Position numbers and translations under genes: made by a program | Notes under the pieces: generated by a model | What the model saw: the letters and a program-made list of their open reading frames with translations, nothing else | What the model was told of the DNA's origin: nothing | Database searches by the model: none | Shown: piece by piece, positions 6,438-12,497 of the stretch | Numbering within the stretch: the stretch's first letter is position 1 | Layout of the letters: the number at the start of each line of letters is the position of its first letter | Virus record (IMG/VR): IMGVR_UViG_2859799533_000004 | DNA length: 12,497 nucleotides | DNA from: a virus | Taxonomy: Duplodnaviria; Heunggongvirae; Uroviricota; Caudoviricetes | Direction: 5' to 3' (one strand)

Positions 6438-6856
6438 CAGCACAGATAGCAGCTTACGGGCGGCTGGTGGACGACCCGCAGGTAAAACAGACCAGCAAGG
6501 GCACACCAATGACGCTGGCACGTATGGCGGTCCCCCTTCCGTGCAGCCAGGCAGATGACGGAACGGCGACGATGTGGTTATCCGTCCTGGCATTTGGCAG
6601 ACAGGCCGAAGCACTGGAAAGGCACCGCAAGGGTGAACTCCTGAGCGTGGCGGGTAACATGCAGATCAGCCAGTGGACTGGGCAGAACGGAGAAACGCGG
6701 CAGGGCTGGCAGGTTATCGCAGACAGTGTAATCAGTGCGCGAACGGCGCGACTGGGCGGCAAAAAAGGTCAACAGGGCCAGGCTACTGACGCGCTGAACA
6801 GGGCAAAACAACAGGCGGGGAATGATGATCCGTACGGGGATAACATACCGTTTTAA
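6434..6856 (+). CDS. ssb: Single-stranded DNA-binding protein (SSB, OB fold with acidic C-terminal tail)
   Basis: N-terminal pattern MTAQIAAYGRLVDDPQVKQTSKGTPMTLARMAV and C-terminal ...DDPYGDNIPF, which parallels the E. coli SSB tail DDDIPF. Confidence 0.85.
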   Translation: MTAQIAAYGRLVDDPQVKQTSKGTPMTLARMAVPLPCSQADDGTATMWLSVLAFGRQAEALERHRKGELLSVAGNMQISQWTGQNGETRQGWQVIADSVISARTARLGGKKGQQGQATDALNRAKQQAGNDDPYGDNIPF

Positions 6857-6872
6857 GCGACGAGTGACAGAA

Positions 6873-6894
6873 GCCGGAGCAATCCGGCTTTTTT
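6873..6894 (+). terminator. Rho-independent terminator after ssb
   Basis: GCCGGA-gcaa-TCCGGC hairpin followed by TTTTTT. Confidence 0.7.
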
Positions 6895-6990
6895 ACGGGG
6901 CCTCCTGGCGGGGTGGGCCTGAACACGGGGCGGGAGGCGCGGAAAAAAGCGCATTTTTGTGATTTTATCGTCATCATCATCATGAGCGTA
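6895..6990 (+). other. Degenerate cos-like element (S1), a diverged paralog of the cos region at 9335-9420
   Basis: ACGGGGCC..TGG...ACGGGGCGGGAGGCGCGG aligns with cosQ/cosN of S2, but the cosN core is altered and 2 nt shorter; CATCATCATCAT parallels CACCACCACCAC downstream of S2. Confidence 0.45.
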
Positions 6991-7075
6991 ATTTATTGTT
7001 TTTAATTGTTTTGATGCAAAAAAGATGATGGTTATGGTTAATTTTTGTTCGACATCTTTGCAGGCAGATAAAAAA

Positions 7076-7110
7076 GCCCGATAAGGTCAGAGGTGGCTTA
7101 TCGGGCTTTT
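7076..7110. terminator. Strong bidirectional hairpin terminator
   Basis: GCCCGATAAG-N11-CTTATCGGGC (10-bp perfect stem) flanked by an A-run upstream and a T-run downstream. Confidence 0.6.
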
Positions 7111-7186
7111 GCATATGAGGCTTTTTGGTGCACTGACACACATGATCGGGATAATCATTTCATAATTTGCAACACAACTCAATATC

Positions 7187-7215
7187 ATTGCACAAAATGC
7201 AATCATGATTATAAT
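7187..7215 (+). promoter_or_regulatory. Candidate promoter of the capsid operon with an overlapping palindromic operator
   Basis: -35-like TTGCAC (7188-7193), 16-bp spacer, -10 TATAAT (7210-7215); palindrome ATTGCA-N5-TGCAAT at 7187-7203. Confidence 0.35.
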
Positions 7216-7271
7216 CAGAGCTGGATGAACATCCAGTTATGATTTTTTAAGTCGAAGAGGAATTTCTTACT

Positions 7272-7478
7272 ATGGCTGAAGAGAAAAAAGGCGGTGTTTC
7301 GGTGTACATAAGCCCCGAAATCGTGGAGGTGCTCAAGCAGCGCCACAAAAAAAACTATGAGGCTGGCGTGGCGGCTGGACTGGATCCGCTGATGACGCCG
7401 GAGCCGTCGATAGGTTCACTTGTACGCTCTTATTTACTTGCGGCGCTTGGGATGCATAAAAATTATGGGGGTGAATAA
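7272..7478 (+). CDS. Hypothetical protein (68 aa), first gene of the capsid operon
   Basis: ORF with GAGGA upstream; its stop overlaps the capsid gene start (TAATG). Confidence 0.55.
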   Translation: MAEEKKGGVSVYISPEIVEVLKQRHKKNYEAGVAAGLDPLMTPEPSIGSLVRSYLLAALGMHKNYGGE

Positions 7479-8533
7479 TGGCAGGCAAAGCAACGGCACT
7501 TAACACTCACCAGCTTTTTGCGTACCTGAATCGCGGGGATATTGCGGAATTTAAATTTAGTCCGCTGTTTACCACGCTGTTTTTCCCGAAAGTAGCGACA
7601 TTCAACACCCAAAACATCATGCTGGATAACCTGGACACCGAAGAAGTCACTATGTCAGCGTTTTGCTCGCCTATGGTTGGTAGCCAGGTACAGCGCGATA
7701 AAGGGTACGAAACCAGCACGATTAAACCTGGCTACATGAAGCCAAAGCACGAAATCGATCCAACAAAAACCATCATGCGCATGGCTGGAGAAGATCCGGC
7801 ACAGCTTAACGACCCAACCTATCGCCGTATGCGCCTGATTACTGGCAACATGCGCCGCCAGGTAAACGCTATTAAAGCGCGTGTTGAATGGCTGGCGGTA
7901 AATGCGGTAACGACCGGAAAAAACATCATTGAGGGCGAAGGCATAGAACGCTATGAAATCGACTGGAAGATGCCGGAAAACAACATCATAGAGCAGGCCA
8001 AAGGCCGTAAATGGTCCGAGCAGGACAAAGAAACCCACGATCCAATCTATGATATCGAGCTTTATGCGGATCAGGGCAATTGCCCCGCAAACGTCATGAT
8101 TATGGGCGCTGAGGTATGGCGCACGTTACGCAGCTTTAAAAAATTCCGCGAACTGTACGATCTTTCCCGTGGTTCAGAATCCGCCGCAGAACTGGCCTGT
8201 AAAAACCTGGGCGAAGTGGTGAGCTTTAAAGGCTATCTGGGCGATATTGCCCTTATCGTCTATTCCGGCAAATACGCCGACAGCGACGGCACCGAAAAAC
8301 ATTTCCTTGAGCCTGATTTGCTGGTCTTGGGCAACACCAACAATAAAGGGCTGGTTGCTTATGGTGCGATTATGGATCAGGAAGCGGTAAGAACGGGCGC
8401 AACGCAAAACATGTACTACCCGAAAAACTGGATTGAGGACGGCGATCCGGCGATTGAGTACGTGCAGACGCACAGCGCACCGCAGCCGGTGCCGGCAGAC
8501 ATTCGCAAATTTGTTACCGTCAAAATTGGTTAA
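7478..8533 (+). CDS. Major capsid protein, phage lambda gpE family
   Basis: 351 aa. Shares multiple blocks with lambda gpE as recalled: FKFSPLF..LFFP, PGYMKPKHE, EDPAQLNDPTYRRMR, RGSESAAEL..LGEVVSFKGYLGDIALIVYSGKY, YPKNW, GDPA. Similar length to gpE (341 aa). Confidence 0.85.
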   Translation: MAGKATALNTHQLFAYLNRGDIAEFKFSPLFTTLFFPKVATFNTQNIMLDNLDTEEVTMSAFCSPMVGSQVQRDKGYETSTIKPGYMKPKHEIDPTKTIMRMAGEDPAQLNDPTYRRMRLITGNMRRQVNAIKARVEWLAVNAVTTGKNIIEGEGIERYEIDWKMPENNIIEQAKGRKWSEQDKETHDPIYDIELYADQGNCPANVMIMGAEVWRTLRSFKKFRELYDLSRGSESAAELACKNLGEVVSFKGYLGDIALIVYSGKYADSDGTEKHFLEPDLLVLGNTNNKGLVAYGAIMDQEAVRTGATQNMYYPKNWIEDGDPAIEYVQTHSAPQPVPADIRKFVTVKIG

Positions 8534-8544
8534 CGGGGGATTCT

Positions 8545-8880
8545 ATGAACACTCCATACATTGAGTTATTTGCAGGCAGTCAGCAGGTATCCACGACGCT
8601 GGTACATTTTGCCGCTGATGCTGGCGTCATTCAGGAATTTACCCCGCTGATGCTGGCGGACAATGGCGAGTTTAAGCCGTGGGATGGTCAGGCGTCCGGA
8701 AAGGCTGTTTATCTGACTTCGTACCCCGTGGACACGTCAAAGCAGAAATCAGCACAGTGCTACAAGACGGGGATCTTTAATATCGCCGCCGTGAACTGGC
8801 CCGAGAGCGTCGACACCGATGCGAAAAAATGCGCCGCCTTTGCGGGTTCTGGCGTATCCGTTCAGCCGCTGGCCCGATAA
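8545..8880 (+). CDS. Head decoration protein, phage lambda gpD family
   Basis: 111 aa versus 110 aa for gpD. Shared motifs TPLMLAD, WDG, YKTG.F, WPE, KK.AAFAG. Confidence 0.78.
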   Translation: MNTPYIELFAGSQQVSTTLVHFAADAGVIQEFTPLMLADNGEFKPWDGQASGKAVYLTSYPVDTSKQKSAQCYKTGIFNIAAVNWPESVDTDAKKCAAFAGSGVSVQPLAR

Positions 8881-8892
8881 GCAGGGGGAACG

Positions 8893-9306
8893 ATGGCAAC
8901 GAATGAAAGCATCATGACGCTACCGCTGGCGAGTAAATTTAAAGCCGAAGCGCGGGCAATGGCTGACAGAGGTTTATCAACCTACGAGGCCGTATATCAA
9001 CTCAACAAACTGGAAGAGCAGGACAAGCCGCGCGCTGATGCGATTATGGCGCTTCATGAGCATAACGACTATCAGCCGCTGTTACGTGCAATGGCAAACG
9101 TGCCTTGTATCGATGTTGGTACGGCTAAAAGCATCCTTAGCATGACCATAGAGCAGGAACGCCAGAAGGTTGCGCCGGAGCTTACCGCAGCCTTTGAAAA
9201 CTTTATGGACATGCACAGCCCGCAAGCCGTTTCAGCTGGCATGGCATACGACGGCAGAAACCCGGGCGATGATGGCGACATCGAGAGCATACTGAAAACC
9301 ATCTGA
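8893..9306 (+). CDS. Hypothetical protein (137 aa), last gene of the capsid operon, immediately upstream of cos
   Basis: ORF with GGGGGAA SD; no family recognised. Candidate packaging accessory protein by position only. Confidence 0.6.
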   Translation: MATNESIMTLPLASKFKAEARAMADRGLSTYEAVYQLNKLEEQDKPRADAIMALHEHNDYQPLLRAMANVPCIDVGTAKSILSMTIEQERQKVAPELTAAFENFMDMHSPQAVSAGMAYDGRNPGDDGDIESILKTI

Positions 9307-9311
9307 GACAA

Positions 9312-9334
9312 GGCCGGAGAAATCCGGCTTTTTT
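9312..9334 (+). terminator. Rho-independent terminator after the capsid operon
   Basis: GCCGGA-gaaa-TCCGGC hairpin plus TTTTTTT; nearly identical to the terminator at 6873-6894. Confidence 0.7.
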
Positions 9335-9420
9335 TACGGGTCCTTTCCGGCATATGGACCCGTTACGGGGCGGCGACCTCGCGGGTTTTCGCTATTTATG
9401 ACGTTTTTCCGTGAAGGTGA
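9335..9420 (+). other. Lambda-type cohesive-end site (S2): cosQ, cosN and the start of a lambda-like cosB
   Basis: ACGGGTCCTTTCCGG...GACCCGTTACG then GGGCGGCGACCT (9367-9378) CGCGGGTTTTCGCTATTTATGA matches the lambda right-end/left-end junction as recalled; followed by CGTTTTTCCGTG, resembling lambda R3. Confidence 0.85.
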
Positions 9421-9468
9421 CACCACCACCACTTGATTAATATTTAACCATGCAGTTAAGGTAACATT

Positions 9469-9909
9469 ATGATTGATAAAGCTTGTTTTGTAAGTCAGCA
9501 GGAAATAGCTGAACATTTCAAGGTTAACAGAACCACTATTCGCGCATGGACCAAACAGGGGATGCCGTATCTTAATGCGGATCGCGGAAAGTCTGGCGGT
9601 TATCACATCGGGCATACATTGCTTTGGTCTTCAGGTAAAAGCCGTCTTGAGGCCATCAGATATCACGTAGAAACCAGTGCGCTGGAAAAAATTATGTTTG
9701 CCAGGCTGCTTTCATCTGAGCGTGACGAGTACTCCAGTGAAGAAACAGAACATAGATTTGATGAAGGTTTACAGATTTACGGCTACTCACCGGAAGAAGT
9801 GAGCAAAGCGCGAAATAAAATGGCCGGCTTTCTGGCTGGGTGGCGTCATGCCGTAAGCGTTCGCCGTGCCAGCATGGAACAATCAGTCGTTACAGAACAG
9901 CAAAGTTAA
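9469..9909 (+). CDS. Small-terminase-like protein with Nu1-type N-terminal winged-HTH; candidate island packaging-specificity factor
   Basis: N-terminus VSQQEIAEHFKVNRTTIRAWTKQGMPYL parallels lambda Nu1 VNKKQLADIFGASIRTIQNWQEQGMPVL; the C-terminal half is unrelated to Nu1. Gene sits directly downstream of cos, as Nu1 does in lambda. Confidence 0.72.
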   Translation: MIDKACFVSQQEIAEHFKVNRTTIRAWTKQGMPYLNADRGKSGGYHIGHTLLWSSGKSRLEAIRYHVETSALEKIMFARLLSSERDEYSSEETEHRFDEGLQIYGYSPEEVSKARNKMAGFLAGWRHAVSVRRASMEQSVVTEQQS

Positions 9910-9939
9910 AAATCACTTTCTGTTACGCCATCAAATACG

Positions 9940-10090
9940 CAATACAACAACCACGTATTTTTTTAAAACTATTTGATTCAATTAGCATTTTTTTATTTTT
10001 AGCATCAAAAAAACACTATCAGGTTGTTGTATTGCTCTTTATTTTTACTTAGTTATCAAATGGATATGACAAACAATTAAACAACAACCT
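9940..10090. promoter_or_regulatory. cosB-like region for the inverted cos: three ACAACAACC sites in alternating orientation with an intervening partial IHF motif
   Basis: GCAATACAACAACC (9940-9953, +), GGTTGTTGTATTGC (10022-10035, inverted, perfect 14-bp IR), ACAACAACCT (10081-10090, +); TATCAAatggATA at 10054-10066 matches WATCAA of the IHF consensus but not its TTR end. Confidence 0.4.
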
Positions 10091-10103
10091 CCCTCTAAAA
10101 AAG

Positions 10104-10169
10104 CTCATAAATAGCGAAAAACCGCGAGGTCGCCGCCCCGTAACGGGCCATAATTCCAGGAAGGACCCG
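10104..10169 (-). other. Second lambda-type cos site (S3) in inverted orientation
   Basis: Reverse complement reads CGGGTCCTTCCTGG..GGCCCGTTACGGGGCGGCGACCTCGCGGTTTTTCGCTATTTATGA; the cosN 12-mer is identical to S2 (complement at 10127-10138), and the flanks are about 85-90 percent identical to S2. Confidence 0.8.
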
Positions 10170-10202
10170 ACGACACCAGACTATCAGAACGATGGGGGCA
10201 CA

Positions 10203-10484
10203 ATGACAGAAGCCGAAATACTGCGATTAATCCGCCGCGTTGCCGGAATCAGCCAGCAGGCCGACGAACAGACCACGCAGCCGGACAGCGTGACCGCCGA
10301 AAATTATGTTCGTGTGGTTGCTGAGGTGATTCGCCGTAATGGTATCCAGCTTAATGATGTGGATATGCGCAACATACGGATCCGCGTTCTTGAAATGCTG
10401 GCCTACAATCGCCGCGTGGCACTGTATCGGGAAACGGAGAAAATTACGTACCACTGGAAGAAGCCGGAGCGGTTGCGGCGGTAA
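10203..10484 (+). CDS. Hypothetical protein (93 aa), 3' accessory gene of the island
   Basis: ATG 10203 with GGGGG SD 6 nt upstream; protein-like composition; no family recognised. Confidence 0.5.
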   Translation: MTEAEILRLIRRVAGISQQADEQTTQPDSVTAENYVRVVAEVIRRNGIQLNDVDMRNIRIRVLEMLAYNRRVALYRETEKITYHWKKPERLRR

Positions 10485-10652
10485 CTGGTTGATATTTTCG
10501 AAATTCGCCAGCGGCGAACATCGGGGAAACCAGCCTAACCCGTTGATATTTTCGGGAACCTCAAATTGAAGAGGTCGGAAACATAACCCGTCATATTCTG
10601 GATGCTGATAATTACCACGCAGCCCATTAAGGCCTAACCCGTTGATTCTTCC
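10482..10652 (+). repeat. Four degenerate direct repeats of about 19 bp (TAACCCGTTGATATTTTCG) at 48-54 bp period
   Basis: Copies at 10482-10500, 10536-10554, 10584-10600 and 10635-10652, starting at the stop codon of the preceding ORF. Confidence 0.6.
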
Positions 10653-10931
10653 ACAATCCCCCATTGGGGAGGCTGGGCGGCCTGCTGTGGGCTTTTCCAC
10701 CATTGGTGGAAAGGCGCACATCTGGATCATCATTACGGTGATCAAGGGTATGTAAAACCCACCAGCCTGATTGACATTTAACCGGAAAAAAGCCAGGTAG
10801 CCCCGTTATGGGGATCCCCATATCGACATTAACGCCCCTCATGAATTGGCGCGCTTCCCCCTGGAAAGATGACCCGCCTGTATATTTCTTGTGTCTATTT
10901 GTTCCACGTTGTTTCATACAGTGCAACGATC

Positions 10932-10955
10932 GGTGTAGTTAATGGTGTAGTCAAT
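10932..10955 (+). repeat. Tandem 12-bp direct repeat GGTGTAGT(T/C)AAT
   Basis: Two adjacent copies, 11 of 12 identical, followed by a GCACT-N5-AGTGC dyad, in the region downstream of phoQ. Confidence 0.45.
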
Positions 10956-11036
10956 TTGCGATTTTTAGCACTTTTGCAGTGCAAATCATTTAATTAAATC
11001 AATGGCTTGCCTTGATGTAGTGATAAAAGGACATAT

Positions 11037-12497
11037 TTATTCATCTTTCGGCGCAGAATGCTGGCGACCAAAAATCACCTCCATCCGCGCACCGCCCAGC
11101 ATGCTCTCTCCGGCGACGATTTTACCCTCATATTGCTCGGTGATTTCGCGGGCTACCGCCAGCCCTACACCTTGCCCAGGGCGTAAAGTATCAACCCGTT
11201 GACCACGGTCGAAAATGACCTCTCGCTTGCTTAATGGAATACCGGGGCCATCATCCTCGACCACAATATAGAGATGCTCGTCGGTTTGCCTTGCAGAAAT
11301 TTCGACAAACTCGAGGCAATATTTACAGGCATTATCCAGCACGTTGCCCATCACCTCGACAAAATCGTTCTGCTCACCGACAAAGCTGATCTCTGGCGAA
11401 ATATCGAGAGAGATATTGACCCCTTTGCGTTGATACACTTTGTTCAGCGCTGAGGTGAGATTGTCCAGCAGTGGGGCGACCGGATGCAGCTCGCGGCTGA
11501 GCAATGTCCCGCCGCGCATACTGGCACGATGCAGGTAGTAGCCAATTTGCTGTGAAATGCGGCTGATTTGCTCCAGCATTACCGGCTCAGCATCACTGAC
11601 GCTCATCTTTTCACTACGCAGAGAACGCAGCGTACTTTGCAGCACCGCCAGTGGCGTTTTCAGACTATGGGTCAGGTCGGTGAGCGTCGTACGGTATTTG
11701 TCGTAACGTTCGCGTTCACTTTTTAACAATCGGTTCAGGTTTCGTACCAGACTGGTCAGTTCTCGCGTTGTGGCTGGATTGAGCAATTCGCGGTTATGTT
11801 CTTCCAGTTCGCGGACTTCTTTTGCCAGGGCTTCGATGGGGCGTAAACTCCACCAGGCGGCGACCCACAGCAGCGGGATCACTAACAGCAGATTGGCTGA
11901 GAGCACATAGATAAACCAGCTCCAGACCATATAGGAACTTTTTAGCTCCACCGGAATGGTATCCACCACCACAATGGTTAATTTTGGCATCCGCGATGTT
12001 GCCGGGTAGACGTTTACTGCCACCGAGTGGGTCATCTCCGCGTCGTCATCATCTTCCCGCACTTCCTGCAACTGTTGCTGTATCGAATGATCTCCACTCA
12101 GCAAGAGGCTGGTATCGTTAACATCCGCTTCAATTTCATGAAAACCATTCGATTTCAGCCAGTCAGGCTGGATCATCTTCATCAGCCAGGGCACGTCACG
12201 TTGCGCCCATAAAAGCTGCCCGTTCTCATCATAAATTAGCGTCATGGTGGGGCTTTGCTTGTCGATATTTTCGGGTAACTCGACATGCAACTTATTGTTT
12301 TCCCACTTCGCAAGGGTATAGAACAGATTGCTCTCGCCACGTAACAGCCGAAACGTAGTTTTATCGAAACTGACGCTATAACCGATCAGCGCGACCATTC
12401 CGTAGGCAAGCGAAAGCACCAGTACTACCGCAGCCGTTGCCAACAGAAAACGTACCCGCAGCGAGAGCGGGAAAAAAAGACGCAGTAATTTTTTCAT
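11037..12497 (-). CDS. phoQ: Sensor histidine kinase PhoQ of the PhoP/PhoQ two-component system (chromosomal flank)
   Basis: Complete 486-aa ORF recognised as PhoQ: N-terminus [41 protein letters not shown], periplasmic acidic patch [13 protein letters not shown], phosphoacceptor [11 protein letters not shown], and kinase G-boxes DDGPGIP and GQGVGLAVA. Confidence 0.97.
   Translation of the reverse strand: MKKLLRLFFPLSLRVRFLLATAAVVLVLSLAYGMVALIGYSVSFDKTTFRLLRGESNLFYTLAKWENNKLHVELPENIDKQSPTMTLIYDENGQLLWAQRDVPWLMKMIQPDWLKSNGFHEIEADVNDTSLLLSGDHSIQQQLQEVREDDDDAEMTHSVAVNVYPATSRMPKLTIVVVDTIPVELKSSYMVWSWFIYVLSANLLLVIPLLWVAAWWSLRPIEALAKEVRELEEHNRELLNPATTRELTSLVRNLNRLLKSERERYDKYRTTLTDLTHSLKTPLAVLQSTLRSLRSEKMSVSDAEPVMLEQISRISQQIGYYLHRASMRGGTLLSRELHPVAPLLDNLTSALNKVYQRKGVNISLDISPEISFVGEQNDFVEVMGNVLDNACKYCLEFVEISARQTDEHLYIVVEDDGPGIPLSKREVIFDRGQRVDTLRPGQGVGLAVAREITEQYEGKIVAGESMLGGARMEVIFGRQHSAPKDE

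Noticed and set aside
6092-6983. Minus-strand ORFs 6092-6409, 6432-6614, 6454-6762, 6578-6811 and 6783-6983 over the ori, ssb and S1
   Set aside because: All overlap better-supported plus-strand genes or the GC-rich cos-like element; compositions are not protein-like.
6895-6990. S1 as a P2/P4-type cos site
   Set aside because: It does not match the P2 cohesive-end sequence as recalled (GGCGAGGCGGGGAAAGCAC); its flanks instead align with the lambda-type S2 region, so it is better read as a decayed lambda-type copy.
7507-8473. Minus-strand ORFs 7507-7719, 7655-8038 and 8174-8473 inside the capsid gene
   Set aside because: Antisense to a gene with strong gpE-family similarity.
9072-10052. ORFs 9072-9353 (-), 9334-9615 (-) and 9840-10052 (+) around the cos/terS region
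   Set aside because: They run across terminator and cos sequence or the AT-rich cosB-like region and overlap supported genes; 9840-10052 is AT-rich with a Phe/Ile/Leu-dominated translation and no SD.
10482-10652. The four direct repeats could be read as a small CRISPR array
   Set aside because: Repeats are degenerate (copy 3 differs at several positions), the period is irregular (54, 48, 51 bp), the units are only about 19 bp, and no cas genes or leader are present.
10227-10926. Minus-strand ORFs 10227-10745 (172 aa) and 10627-10926 (99 aa)
   Set aside because: The first is antisense to the 10203-10484 gene and its translation simply echoes the direct repeats (ENINGLG...ENINQLP); the second crosses the palindromes, has no SD and a Gly/Pro/Arg-rich composition.
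10485-11036. A tRNA or tmRNA gene as the integration target near attR
   Set aside because: No T-arm-like GTTCGAATC/GTTCAAATC motif or cloverleaf-compatible acceptor stem was found on either strand.
11002-12212. Plus-strand ORFs 11002-11202 and 12027-12212
   Set aside because: Both lie antisense within phoQ, whose identity is unambiguous.

Overview
The window is an approximately 11-kb phage-satellite-like genomic island (PICI/P4-like layout) lying immediately downstream of the chromosomal sensor-kinase gene phoQ. Left to right: a P4-family tyrosine integrase and an AlpA-type regulator separated by phased ACAAC repeat arrays; a divergent regulatory region with palindromic operators (a minus-strand RHH-like gene pair facing a rightward operon); eight tightly overlapping plus-strand genes, mostly small unknowns, ending in a RepA-like P-loop helicase with a downstream iteron origin; an SSB; a capsid module (lambda gpE-like major capsid protein and gpD-like decoration protein) bracketed by two near-identical terminator-plus-cos-like junctions; a lambda-type cos site directly upstream of a Nu1-like small-terminase homolog; a second, inverted cos copy with its own cosB-like repeats; a 3' accessory ORF with direct repeats; then phoQ. 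The candidate novel biology is an island that carries capsid shell and decoration homologs plus a TerS-like protein and multiple cos sites but no portal, protease, scaffold or large terminase, together with a block of uncharacterised coupled small genes. All homology calls are from reading the translations and recalled reference sequences; no database search was run.
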